A stretch of DNA of 64,000 bases, taken from the NCBI RefSeq assembly GCF_036588685.1, contig NC_086385.1, positions 15,399,216-15,463,215 on the forward strand, written 5' to 3'. This document shows, in pieces, positions 36,853 through 48,225 of the stretch (positions are counted from its first letter, which is position 1; each line of letters starts with the position of its first letter). A program made the translations under genes and the position numbers. Below the pieces are notes generated by a model. That model had not been told where the DNA came from. It made no database searches and worked only from the letters and a program-made list of their open reading frames with translations. The DNA comes from Mytilus trossulus (Eukaryota).

Positions 36853-39609
36853 CTATAATATTATCTTTGGAATAATGACACGTGAAAAATAAAAAAAGGT
36901 AAGACCAGAAAACAAAATATTCCTATAATATATATAATTTTATTTATAGGGCAACCTGATATAACAATTATTTTACATACATTATCTATGAACATATTTA
37001 AATTATAATTCCGAAACTAAAAGCAGAAGTTAACCGCCGTCACGTTCATGAATGATGACGAATTTCATTATGGAACGCGGGAAGCACATTAATAGATAAT
37101 CACAATTTATAGAAGATAATAATAGTGTATCGGTCGACCATTAAAGATGCACGATATCTCTGACAAATATCATGCATTTTAAGATATTATGTTAATGTGG
37201 TAATGATATGAACCCTGTTTTGTACTGGAAATGCACGCCGAGGCTTGCCGAGAAACCCATTTTATAGATCACAGAGTAACAATATTTATTCAAATAAATC
37301 AACATTAAACGATATTATACAAATGAAATAATACTAAGGATTCAGAAACAAGCAATTTGCTTTCACACTCTTTTCTTTTACAAATTGAACAATACATAAA
37401 TATAAATACTGGCATGCTCTGTCATAAATATAAAAAAAAGCTGAAAGAAGAAGAAAGAAAAAAAAATAATGAGAAAAAAAATATAAAATAAATAAACATG
37501 AATTATTGTAATGTATACAGTGTAAAATGCATTGGTTCCTATTGAGTGATGAAGCATCATACATCAAGGGTTAAAACGTTTAATTTTTATACTATATTTC
37601 TGCACCAAACTAAATAAAAGACTATCAGAGGGTAATTATATAAAAGATATTAAGCAAAATGGCTGATTTTAGTAAGCATTTAAAAAATGTGCAATCAGAT
37701 TATGATTTTAATTTGATTATTAGGCATTTCCAATTTTTTTGCGGTTATTGATTTTACACAAACCTATTGATTTTCTTCTAATTATGATGTTTTTTTTCTA
37801 GTTCTGGCTCTTTAAATTCTTGCGTGTAGTTTTGTTTTGCTTGTTATTTCATATCATCCGTAGTTGTTGTACCAAATAGCTTATTATAAGGATTTTTGTC
37901 TAATTTTGACCGAAGCGGTACGAAGACTACATATGAGAAAAATAATTTCCCCTTCTCTATTTGACATAAGTGATACATTAATGTATAGCATGAATGGTAA
38001 GTGATAGATAACTAAGGTATATTGGTTTGGGGTATTTGGTTCAATATAGAGAAATTTGGGTCAAGGTCAAAGGTCAAGGTCAGATCTCCTCTGTCACTTG
38101 TAAAGATATGTATAGAAGAACTAGCGCAAAATGTTTGCCTAATAGTGATGAAGATATGATACATTTGGTCTGAAACAATCCAAAAACATCTTATATTGTC
38201 CATGGAATGATTCAATTTGAGATTGATTGATGCAACTCATAGGAGAGGGCCCTCATGGGGTTTTTGATTATGTGATTACTTGGCCGTTTTTTTAATGATT
38301 ATTTGATTATTAAGCCAAATATTTTATGATTATTTGATTACCTAGGACTGTATTTTTAGTTTATGATTATTTGATTACTAAAGATAAGCAAATATTTAAT
38401 GATTATGTGATTATATTGGCAAAAAAATGGTGATTATGTGATTACTAGGACCCCCCCCCATGAGGGGTTTCATAGGACTACAGCGTCTTTTGCAAACTGT
38501 TAGTTTACATACGACCTTGACCAATAACAACCGGAAGTGATCTTGAGTAAATAGGAAGTAACCGTTTTTGCACTTTTTTATATAAAAAAACCCTAGAAAT
38601 TATATATTTCCTAAATAAGCATACACAAACCAATCATTTGAGGCCAGAGGTGACCTTCAATAAACCGAAAGTTTATAATAGCTGCCTTATGTATAACAGG
38701 CAAATGTATATTGAAACCATATATTTTTGGATCTGTGTGAATAAAGCTATCATCTGAGGCCGGAAGTGACTTTTAAAAACCGGAGGTACATGTATGTATA
38801 GAAACATACATTTATTAAATCTATATGAAGAAACCTGTTCTTGGACGCCAATAGTAAATTTGAGTAAACCGGAAGTAGCTTTTCATCAGTAATTAAAAAA
38901 AATGTTGTGGAGACACATTCAATTGTTCTTTGAACAATTGGTTATTACTTAAGAACGATTCTCTTCTAATGACGGCTTATTCAATCTGATTTATGATGAT
39001 AAAGCTAGTTCATCTGTGAAATTATCCACTCACTTACACCCCTCCAAACCAAAACAACACTCCGTACATTAAAATCACCTGGCTAAATCATAGACATGTT
39101 CAATTTAAAAATGAGATTAACTCTTTCATGTCTAAAGTATAAGAAGTGTATAACTAGCCTGTTAACGCTGAATCCCGCACATACATGTATCAGGTGCGGT
39201 GCTCTCGACTCAAATCTATTTTTGTTTTCATGTCAGGTTTGATTTTTTTTCTTTGTACTACGTCTTCTTCACCAATGTAAAAATGGCAGCCACAAAAAAA
39301 CCCACCAATAATGCTAAAAGATGTGTTAAACATCATTAATCAATCAATCAATCAATTTTAAGCGTAAGCTACAAGTTTTTTTTTTATGTCAATTCTAAAA
39401 GGAAAATTAGTCAGCTAATTCTTAATTTTGCCGTATTACAAATTGCAAAACATAAAAAAATTGTGCATGAAATCCAAAATGTCCACAAGATGCTATGTTT
39501 AACAGCTCCCATTTTCTTTCATGTAAGTTTTATTTGTTTATTTCCTATTTTTTTTAGAAATCAAACTGCACTGGAACAGTAAGAAGATTGAATCTTCTAT
39601 TCCGAAATA

Positions 39610-40257
39610 ATGAATGCGAGTTCTACAGAAACAGGAATAGATTTTTATAAAAAAGTTGCTGCGCAGACTCCAGCCTGGTTTCATTACGTAACTGGTATCA
39701 TATTACTTATAACAAACATAGGATCTGTAGTAACGAATGGATCCGTTCTTATTGTACTACTCGTAAAAAGCCGAAAGCTGTTGATCCGAACTAACCTATA
39801 TATCGCAGCCATATGCCTCAAGTCGTTCTTGATGTCAGCTTTTGGTGTTCCAATGGTGGTCGTGTCGTGTTTCAATAAATGGTGGTTTTTCGGTGAAGCC
39901 GGATGCAAGTTCTACGCTTTTCTGATGTCATATGGCGGATTAGCTAATATGTTACTTTTGTGTATGATTTCCGTCGAGAGATACATTTATGTGGTAAGAC
40001 ATGGACTTTCACAACATTCATCTTCGACGTTCAGTATCGTTTCCATTACTGTATCATGTGCTATTGCTTTTGGTTTTGCCGTTGGTCCAATCGCCGGATG
40101 GAACCAGTACACGTACGAAGGCGTGGGAACGTCATGCGCAATGGACTTAATCGGAGAAGAATACAATGGCCGATCGTTTATGATAGCATTACTAGTCATC
40201 TTTTTTGTCCTACCTGTTATTATAATGACATTTAACTACGGATCAGTGTATGCTAAG
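39610..40257 (+). CDS. Opsin A (xenopsin-like), coding exon 1 (TM1-TM5)
   Basis: Class A GPCR features: W..GEAGCKFY (C110, Y113), ERY, GWNQYTYEGVGTSC (E181 counterion position and C187). Ends ...YAK|GTAAGT (phase 0). Acceptor at 39557 upstream, with an in-frame stop before the ATG. Confidence 0.9.
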
Positions 40258-40274
40258 GTAAGTTTTAAAAGATT

Positions 40275-40485
40275 AGATTTTATTGACTTTTGGTGTTTTA
40301 ACGCCACTTTTAAGCACTGCATTAAGAAGGCCGGAGTACCCGGAGAAAACCACCGACCTTCGATCGGAAACTGACAATCCTAGTCAATTAAGATTGGAGT
40401 CGAGTGCACTCGCAAGAGCGAGGTTCTTACTCACAACGTCAGTGTTGACTGGTTAACTACTTAAACCACTCGGCCCCCGAGGCCC
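40275..40485 (-). mobile_element. tRNA-derived SINE (V-domain-like) at the start of opsin A intron
   Basis: Minus strand GGGCCTCGGGGGCCGAGTGGTTTAAG (A box)...GTGGTTTTCTCCGGGTACTCCGG...GTGGCGTTAAA. Confidence 0.7.
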
Positions 40486-41283
40486 TATGTTTCAAAACAA
40501 GCGCTGAAGTGTTCTGACTTTGATGAATAACATATTCGTCCGTTATTTTATGATAAGCTCTCCTTCTTTAAGACAAGTAGGGTCAGAGAGAAAAAAAAAC
40601 AGACAGAAGGTAGCAACTGTCGATACAAATTTCTTGTTAAAGGAAACACGACAATACAATTAAAAATAAATAGTGAGCACTTTGAAGAGCTATAAAACCA
40701 GGTTAAACTCACCGTTTTCTACATAAGGAAAATGCCTGTACCAAGTCAGGAATATGACAGTGAATAAGGGATATTTTCACTTCATTTGATGTGTTTGAGC
40801 TTTTGATTTTGCCATTAATACTCACGTTCTAAAATTTGTAGACCGAAAATTTACAGTTGTTTGTTTTATAGTGATTAAGATTGTACCACAATGTCATTAT
40901 GCTGACTACTGTATCTTAATTTTGAACATTGTTCCTGTTATGTCTTCATTTGCTCACATTGGTATAAGCAGATGTGGTGTGAGTGCCAATGAGACAACTC
41001 TCCATCCAAATAACAATTTATAAAAGTAAATCATTATCATCAGTGTACGGCCTACAACACAGTAGTTGTTTTCCCTTTTGATTGATGTGTTCGGCCTTTT
41101 ATGAATGGTTTTTCCATTTTTAATTGGAGTTCGGTACTTTTTCTATAATTTTACTTTTCATTGGTTGATGTAATAAATACCTGATGTAATAAATGTCATT
41201 TCATTGGTTGAAGTTAAAAATACCAATACAGAAAGTAAACCTAAGCAAAGATCCGAAACAGGATCGGTATTTTAAGCATGCTG

Positions 41284-41422
41284 TTTTTATGCCCCAACTA
41301 CGATAGTATAGGGGCATTATGTTTTCTGGTCTGTGCTTCCGTTCGTCTGTCAGTCTGTACGTCTGTACGTGCGTTCGTTCGTTCGTTCGTTCGTTCGTTC
41401 GTCCGTCTGTCCCGCTTCAGGT
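41284..41422 (+). mobile_element. Helentron-associated (HINE/DINE-like) element fragment
   Basis: TTTTTATGCCCC...GGGGCAT hairpin followed by a (GTCT/GTTC/GTCC)n microsatellite. Confidence 0.6.
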
Positions 41423-41464
41423 ACTTTGGACACATTCTTGTTCATAATAAACTTTTCTTTTTAG

Positions 41465-41579
41465 GTAATAAAAGAATCCAAACCTCATTTAAGATCCAGC
41501 AATAACCAACAATTAATGAAGAAAATAAAGAAGTTGACGATGGAAAAAGAATTGGCGATTACCGTTGTCATAATTATAG
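41465..41579 (+). CDS. Opsin A coding exon 2 (ICL3 and start of TM6), not in the ORF track
   Basis: TTTTCTTTTTAG acceptor; 115 nt translate to VIKESKPHLRSSNNQQLMKKIKKLTMEKELAITVVIII+G; donor GTTAGT. Phases 0/1 join exons 1 and 3 in frame. Confidence 0.88.
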
Positions 41580-41698
41580 GTTAGTTGATATCATTCGGAC
41601 ACAAGGGTGTCTGGGAAATAGAAATATGGTCAAATTGGTCTACTTTCGACGGACAGTAAAAAACCTCTCTGTTACCATTCCTACCTATTTTATTTATA

Positions 41699-41905
41699 CT
41701 GTGGATTCGTTTATTTTCGTGGGTACCAATTTTCGTAGATTTATGATTTTTTTTATTTTCGTGGATATCAAAACTCGTGGTTTAAGTAAAGTCTGCATAC
41801 ATTCCTTTAAAAAAAAGTGTAATTTGTTGAACATCAAAATTCGGTTCCCCTGTCCCCATGAAAGCCACGAAAATTGGAATCAAACGAAAAATAATGAATT
41901 CACAG
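41699..41905. mobile_element. Tc1/mariner-type MITE (TA TSD)
   Basis: TA|CTGTGGATTCGTTTATTTTCGT ... ACGAAAAATAATGAATTCACAG|TA. Confidence 0.7.
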
Positions 41906-42688
41906 TAGTTAATTTGATAATATAAGAACATGTAGGAAAAATTTGCTACTGAATGTTAAGCAAGTTAAAATTAATCTATTGGATTGGCGTGGCGTCGATA
42001 TTCTAGCGAAGTTTGATTTCAGGTTATCATGTTTTTTTTCCTGTATTTAAGAAGGAAATGGATCATCTGCAATTAAAAATATCTGAAATATATGTCTTTA
42101 TACATCAACAAAGTTATAACGAGGAATAAAATGATAAAACAAACCAACAACAATAGACAACACCTCATGAGGCAAACTCCCCGACAGGGTTCTCACTAAG
42201 GCGAGTACATCATTAATCACATCCTTTCACTATTTTGTCATAGGGACTGAAATAAAGAATTACATACCAACACAACAACATTTAATCTTCTCACTGTTGG
42301 ACTCGCCATAGCCAAGCATGATAATTCCCTCAAGTTTTGTAAACAAAAATGTCTACTGAAAATTTTCGAGGTTGACATTTTCAAAAAGCGGAAGATTTCA
42401 AATTTTAACGAGAGGGACGGAAGAGGGTCAGAAAAGCGGAAGATTTTGACTCCCGCCGGAAGAATCACATGTATGCCGAACTCACCTTCAAAAATCCTTA
42501 TTGAGATACCTGTCCGGCAGTTCTAGCTTCGATCTGCACACCGCTACATTGATATATTAAAGGAAAATAGTCCCGGATCGAGTTTATTGTAAATATAATC
42601 TGTCGTAATCTGAGAGTAAACACGTTGTTATTAGCTGACTGTTATTAGAAATCCTATCAACTCATGAGTTAAAAACAGTTTCCAAGGT

Positions 42689-45368
42689 ACCAGACAGAAG
42701 CTAGCGAACAATAGCTAGCGAACAATAAGGCGATATATCGAGAAACCAAAAAACAGAATAAGACAACAACGGCCGTTAAATAAAAAAATATTCAAAAAGG
42801 CAGAAAATCAGTTAAAATATAGCAATTTTAACTCAATTTTGGAATGTTTTTTATCCAATCTATTAATTTAACAAGTCGTATAACTTTTTAGGCTAATATT
42901 CAGTACCACAATAACTATGCATCTATCAACGGATTATTTGTAGGTGTAGGGCCACCTATGCACCCTCTTCAATTTAGAACGTAAAAGTAGTCCTACTCTG
43001 TAAAATATAGCACCTTTTTATGTCATTGCTTAATCTAGAGCTCAAAATTTGAAAAAAATGTCAAAAAATTAGGGGGTCGGCCTATTCCAGGGCTTCTAGA
43101 GAAGAATAATGAGGGGTGTCACGGGGAATGACTATATAGTTCTTGTAGAGGAGAAACAGGCGCTTCTATTGCACTAGGTATCGAAGGGCGCTATGTTCAA
43201 AAATCTGAAACGAGAGCTCAAAATTCGAAAAAAATGTCAAAAAATTAGGGGGGGTCGGCCTATTCTAGGACTTCTTGAGAAAAATAATGAGGGGTGTCAC
43301 GGGGTATGACTATATAGGTCTTGTAAAGAAGAAACAGGCGCTTCTATTGCACTAGGTATCGACGGGCGCTATGTTCAAAATCTGAAACTAGAGCTAAAAA
43401 TTCGAAAAAAATGTCAAAAAAATGGGGGTAGGGTCGGCCTATTCCAGGAGTTCTAGAGAAAAAAAATGAGGGGTGTCACGGGGTATGACTATATAGGTCC
43501 TGTAGAGGAGAAACAGTCGCTTCTATTGCACTAGGTATCGAAGGGCGCTATGTTCAAAAATCTGAAACTAAAGCTCATAATTCGAAAAATATGTCCAAAA
43601 AATGGAGGTAGGGTCGGCCTATTCCAGGAGTTCTAGAGAAAAAAAATGAGGGATGTCACGGGGTATGACTATATAGGTCTTGTAGAGGAGAAACAGGCGC
43701 TTCTTTTGCACTAGGTATCAAAGGGTGTTATGTTCAAAAATCTGAAACTAGAGCTCAAAATTCGAAAAAAATGTCAAAAAAATGGGGGTAGATTCGATAC
43801 CTAGTGCAATAGAAGCGCCTGTTTCTCCTCTACAAGACCTATATAGTCATACCCCGTGACACTCCTCATTATTTTTCTCTAGAAGTCCTAGAATAGGCCG
43901 ACCCCCCTAATTTTTTGACACTTTTTTCGAATTTTGAGCTCTAGTTTCAGATTTTTGAACATAGCGCCCTTCGATACCTAGCGCAAAAGAAGCGCCTGTT
44001 TCTCCTCTACAAGACCTATATAGTCATTCCCCGTGACACCCCTCATTATTTTTCTCTAGAACTCCTGGAATAGACCGGTCCTACCCCCATTTTTTGGAAA
44101 TTTTTTCGAATTTTGAGCTCTAGTTTCAGATTTTTGAACATAGCGCCCTTCGATACCTAGTGCAATAGAAGCGCCTGTTTCTCCTCTACAAGACCTATAT
44201 AGTCATACCCCGTGACACTCCTCATTATTTTTCTCTAGAAGTCCTAGAATAGGCCGACCCCCCTAATTTTTTGATATTTTTTTCGAATTTTGAGCTCTAG
44301 TTTCAGATTTTTGAACATAGCGCCCTTCGATACCTAGCGCAAAAGAAGTGCCTGTGTCTCCTCTACAAGACCTATATAGTCATACCCCGTGACACCCCTC
44401 ATTATTTTTCTCTAGAAGCCCTGGAATAGGCCGACCCCCCTAATTTTTTGACATTTTTTTCGAATTTTGAGCTCTAGTTTCAGATTTTTGAACATAGCGC
44501 CCTTCGATACCTAGCGTAAAAGAAGTGCCTGTGTCTCCTCTACAAGACCTATATAGTCATTCCCCGTGACACCCCTCATTACTTTTCTCTAGAACTCCTG
44601 GAATAGGCCGGCCCTACCCCCATTTTTTGGACATTTTTTTTCGAATTTTGAGCTCTAGTTTCAGATTTTTGAACATAGCGCCCTTCGATACCTAGTGCAA
44701 AAGAAGCGCCTGTTTCTCGTCTACAAGACCTATATAGTCATTCCCCGTGACACCCCTCATTATTTTTCTCTAGAAGTCCTAGAATAGGCCGACCCCCCTA
44801 ATTTTTTGACATTTTTTTCGAATTTTGAGCTCTAATTTCAGATTTTTTAACATAGCGCCCTTCGATACCTAGCGCAAAAGAAGTGCCTGTTTCTCCTCTA
44901 CAAGACCTATTTAGTCATTCCCCGTGACACCCCTCATTATTTTTCTCTAGAAGCCCTGGAATAGGCCGACCCCCCTAATTTTTTGACATTTTTTTCAAAT
45001 TTTGAGCTCTACATTAAACAATGACATAAAAGGTGCTATATTTTACAGAGTAGGACTACTTTTACGTTCTAAATTGAAGAGGGTGCATAGGTGGCCCTAC
45101 ACCTACAAATAATCCGTTGATAGATGCATAGTTATTGTGGTCCTGAATATTAGCCTAAAAAGTTATGCGACTTGTTAAATTAATAGATTGGATAAAAAAC
45201 ATTTCAAAATTGAGATAAAATTGCTATATTTTAACTGATTTCTGCCTTTTTGAATATTTTTTTATTTAACGGCCGTTGTTGTCTTATTCTGTTTTTTGGT
45301 TTCTCGATATATCGCCTTATTGTTCGCTGGCTTATTCGCTAGCAATTGTTCGCTAGCTTCTGCCTGGT
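42689..45368. mobile_element. Foldback/Mutator-like non-autonomous element with long TIRs and an internal ~178-bp satellite, in the last intron of opsin A
   Basis: Ends ACCAGACAGAAGCTAGCG / CGCTAGCTTCTGCCTGGT; ~340-bp unique arms in inverted orientation; ~4 forward and ~7 inverted ~176-181-bp units with the strand switch at ~43792; 9-bp TSD TTCCAAGGT at 42680-42688 and 45369-45377. Confidence 0.9.
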
Positions 45369-45923
45369 TTCCAAGGTTGTTGAGTCAGTGACACATAAAC
45401 TATTCACCAGAATAATTGATTTGGTAGAGGAGATTGGAATACCAAAAAAGCATGAAATTTGAAAAGATAGATCGAAAATGGTTCGTCGAATTCGAAAATC
45501 CACAAATTGAAAAATACACTCGCCTAACCTCAAAAGAATTATTTTGTTTTCTTGAAACTATCTTCTTTACATTTCAACCCGATTCCATTCATATCTATTG
45601 CGCATGTCTAAGTGAAATTGGCATAATTATGGTTTCAATTAAAAATTAAAATAATAATTAGATTGATTTTTGTAACTTCCTCTATTGTATATTAAATTTA
45701 GTATAAAAAAATGTGTTTTACTTGGTGTGTTAAATCAATGTTATAAATAGGATATAAAGTCTTTATTGCTTAGTATCTCTGGTGGAGAGCGGTCTCATTA
45801 ATTGACAATCCTACCACATCTTCTTTTTTTCTTTTCATTTTTGCATTATTGTGTATTGATAACACGTTATAAAAAGAAAAAAGAAATGAATTCTATCTCT
45901 CTTTTCATTGGCTGTATTTCCAG

Positions 45924-46402
45924 GTTTTTTCCTGTTGTGTTATTCACCCTACGCAATCTTGCTTCTGTGGAAACTAGCCGACAAAGACAGCGACATTGAT
46001 CCTATGTTAATGGCCGTTCCTGCCATGGTGACAAAAATCGGTGGAATGTTAACACCATTTGTTTATTTGGGACGTAATAAAACTATTCGGTCTAAAGTCT
46101 TAGATTTGTACGCATGCTGCAAATTAAGTTATACAGTTTCACCAGAGATTGATGACGAAGAACCACCTGAAAACCAAAAACTACAGTCAAAATCACGCAA
46201 ACTTAAAGCCATAATTAAAAATCTAACAAGTACAGAAATTAAATACAAGTCGGAAGAAAACACAGAAGGTCACCTAGTGTCAAAGGTTAATCCGAGTGGT
46301 AAATGTCAATCACTTGCAAGTATACAAAGCAATGAGGCACTAGAAGTGACGTCATCAAATAGACATTCAGAGTTTAATATAAAACAGTATACAACAGTAT
46401 AA
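45924..46402 (+). CDS. Opsin A coding exon 3 (TM6-TM7, helix 8, C-terminal tail); full protein 413 aa
   Basis: TTTCCAG acceptor; (G)FFLLCYSPYA TM6; PAMVTKIGGMLTPFVY TM7 with Lys at the K296 retinal-binding position; NKT at the helix-8 tripeptide; Ser/Thr-rich tail; TAA stop. Confidence 0.9.
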
Positions 46403-47650
46403 CCAGCCATAGAACTGAAACTTTAGCATAGACTGGAAGCTTGGCTAAAAATAGGATTATATAGAAATGGAGAATGTCGTCAAAGCGAGTTGAATACCAG
46501 TGTTTTTAGTATTTAGATGAATACCAATGTCTAATTCACAAATAATAGTAGATTGGCTTGCGTTATAGATTTTAAGTGCTGACGTATTATATCTTTTTAT
46601 TTACTTTGCAGGTATTCATTTATTAGTCTGTGTGCTATCATGTTCCCCCTTGGTCGTATGGAATTGTATTTTGATTTCGAATTTGATTCGGAAAATGTGC
46701 ATCCAGCCATTCGGATTTTAGCCTTGGGTGTTCCTGGTGATGCATGCGCAATTAGGACGGAAGATGTCTATTCAGTGTTGTTTTCATTGTGTTAACCCTT
46801 ATATTTATATTAAATTAACTTTTATTTATATAGCTTATACTTTTTATGAAAGTGTATACAAGAATGAAGTTTTTTTGACTGTTTGTACTATCAACTACCA
46901 TAATGTTAGTTTGCGTCTGTATCAGATTTTAAAACTATTAATAACTTTTTCGTTGGTGTCGTTGACATATTTATTTATTTATTTGTATGTATGTACTTTT
47001 GTTTGATTTGTTTAGTCAGTTATGTTGGATGTCTGTGATTGGTGCCAATTATTGATGTACTAAGTTTTTAATAAGTGAAGTCATAAAATAGATCAAACTT
47101 GAAGTCAGAAGAGCATTAGTTTAGAAACAACATAAGCTATAAATATTAAATGGTAATACAGCTTTTTTTTTTAGATAATTAGTTTGTTTTCAAATGGCGG
47201 GAAAAGGCCGACCGAAAAGCAGACAACATCCAAAGGTCACCAATAAGTCTTGAACGCAGCGACAATACACCACAACCGGAGGCGGGCCTCAGCCGGCCCC
47301 TAAATAAAATTGCACATTTGTTCAGATAGTCTTTAATACGGTATTGTTCATATGAAAAAAGACGTGGTATGATTGCCAATGAGAAAACTCTCAACAAAAG
47401 ACTAAAAAAACACAGAAATGGAAATCTATAGGTCATCGTACGGCCTTCAACAACGAGCAAAGCCCATACCGCATTGTTCATGTTTGTTTTTCTTGTAGTT
47501 ATTATAATTATTTATTAGCTGTTTTAGAATCTATTGCATTCTGGGAAATATTTTCAAAAGCATACACCAAAACTATTTGGTTGGCCTACATCGCCACAAA
47601 CCATTGAAGTTCAACTAATGAAGTGACCGTGTTTTCAATTTATTATGAAA

Positions 47651-48225
47651 AACGAAACTACCCATGATCGTTTAGATTCTGAAAGTCGAATAAGAAAGTA
47701 AAATGATATTCAACAACGAAACTACCCATGATCCTTTAGATTCTGAAAAGTCGAATTAGAAAGTAAAATGATATTCAACAACGAAACTACCCATGATCGT
47801 TTAGATTCTGAAAAGTCGAATTAGAAAGTAAAATGATATTCAACAACGAAACTACCCATGATCGTTTAGATTCTGAAAAGTCGAATTAGAAAGTAAAATG
47901 ATATTCAACAACGAAACTACCCATGATCCTTTAGATTCTGAAAAGTCGAATTAGAAAGTAAAATGATATTCAACAACGAAACTACCCATGATCGTTTAGA
48001 TTCTGAAAAGTCGAATTAGAAAGTAAAATGATATTCAACAACGAAACTACCCATGATCCTTTAGATTCTGAAAAGTCGAATTAGAAAGTAAAATGATATT
48101 CAATAACGAAACTACGCATGATCCTTTAGATTCTGAAAAGTCGAATTAGAAAGTAAAATGATATTCAACAACGAAACTACCCATGATCCTTTAGATTCTG
48201 AAAAGTCGAATTAGAAAGTAAAATG
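47651..48225 (+). repeat. 65-bp minisatellite, ~9 copies
   Basis: Unit AACGAAACTACCCATGATC(G/C)TTTAGATTCTGAAAAGTCGAATTAGAAAGTAAAATGATATTCAAC starting at 47651, 47715, 47780, 47845 ... 48170. Confidence 0.95.

Noticed and set aside
38525-38880. Cluster of CCGGAAGT (ETS-like) sites upstream of opsin A as an enhancer
   Set aside because: The motifs recur with semi-regular spacing next to GGTCAAGGTCA-type repeat sequence and look like a degenerate repeat element; the transcription start is unknown.
39817-39850. UV-tuning Lys90 in opsin A TM2
   Set aside because: By alignment the lysine falls at about position 82; position 90 is Gly.
40258-40374. C-terminal extension of the 254-aa opsin ORF (and 63646-63780 of the 257-aa ORF)
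   Set aside because: Follows a canonical donor conserved in both paralogs; reads through intronic SINE or minisatellite sequence.
47651-48225. CRISPR-like regular array
   Set aside because: Units are fully repeated with no unique spacers, there are no cas genes, and the context is eukaryotic.
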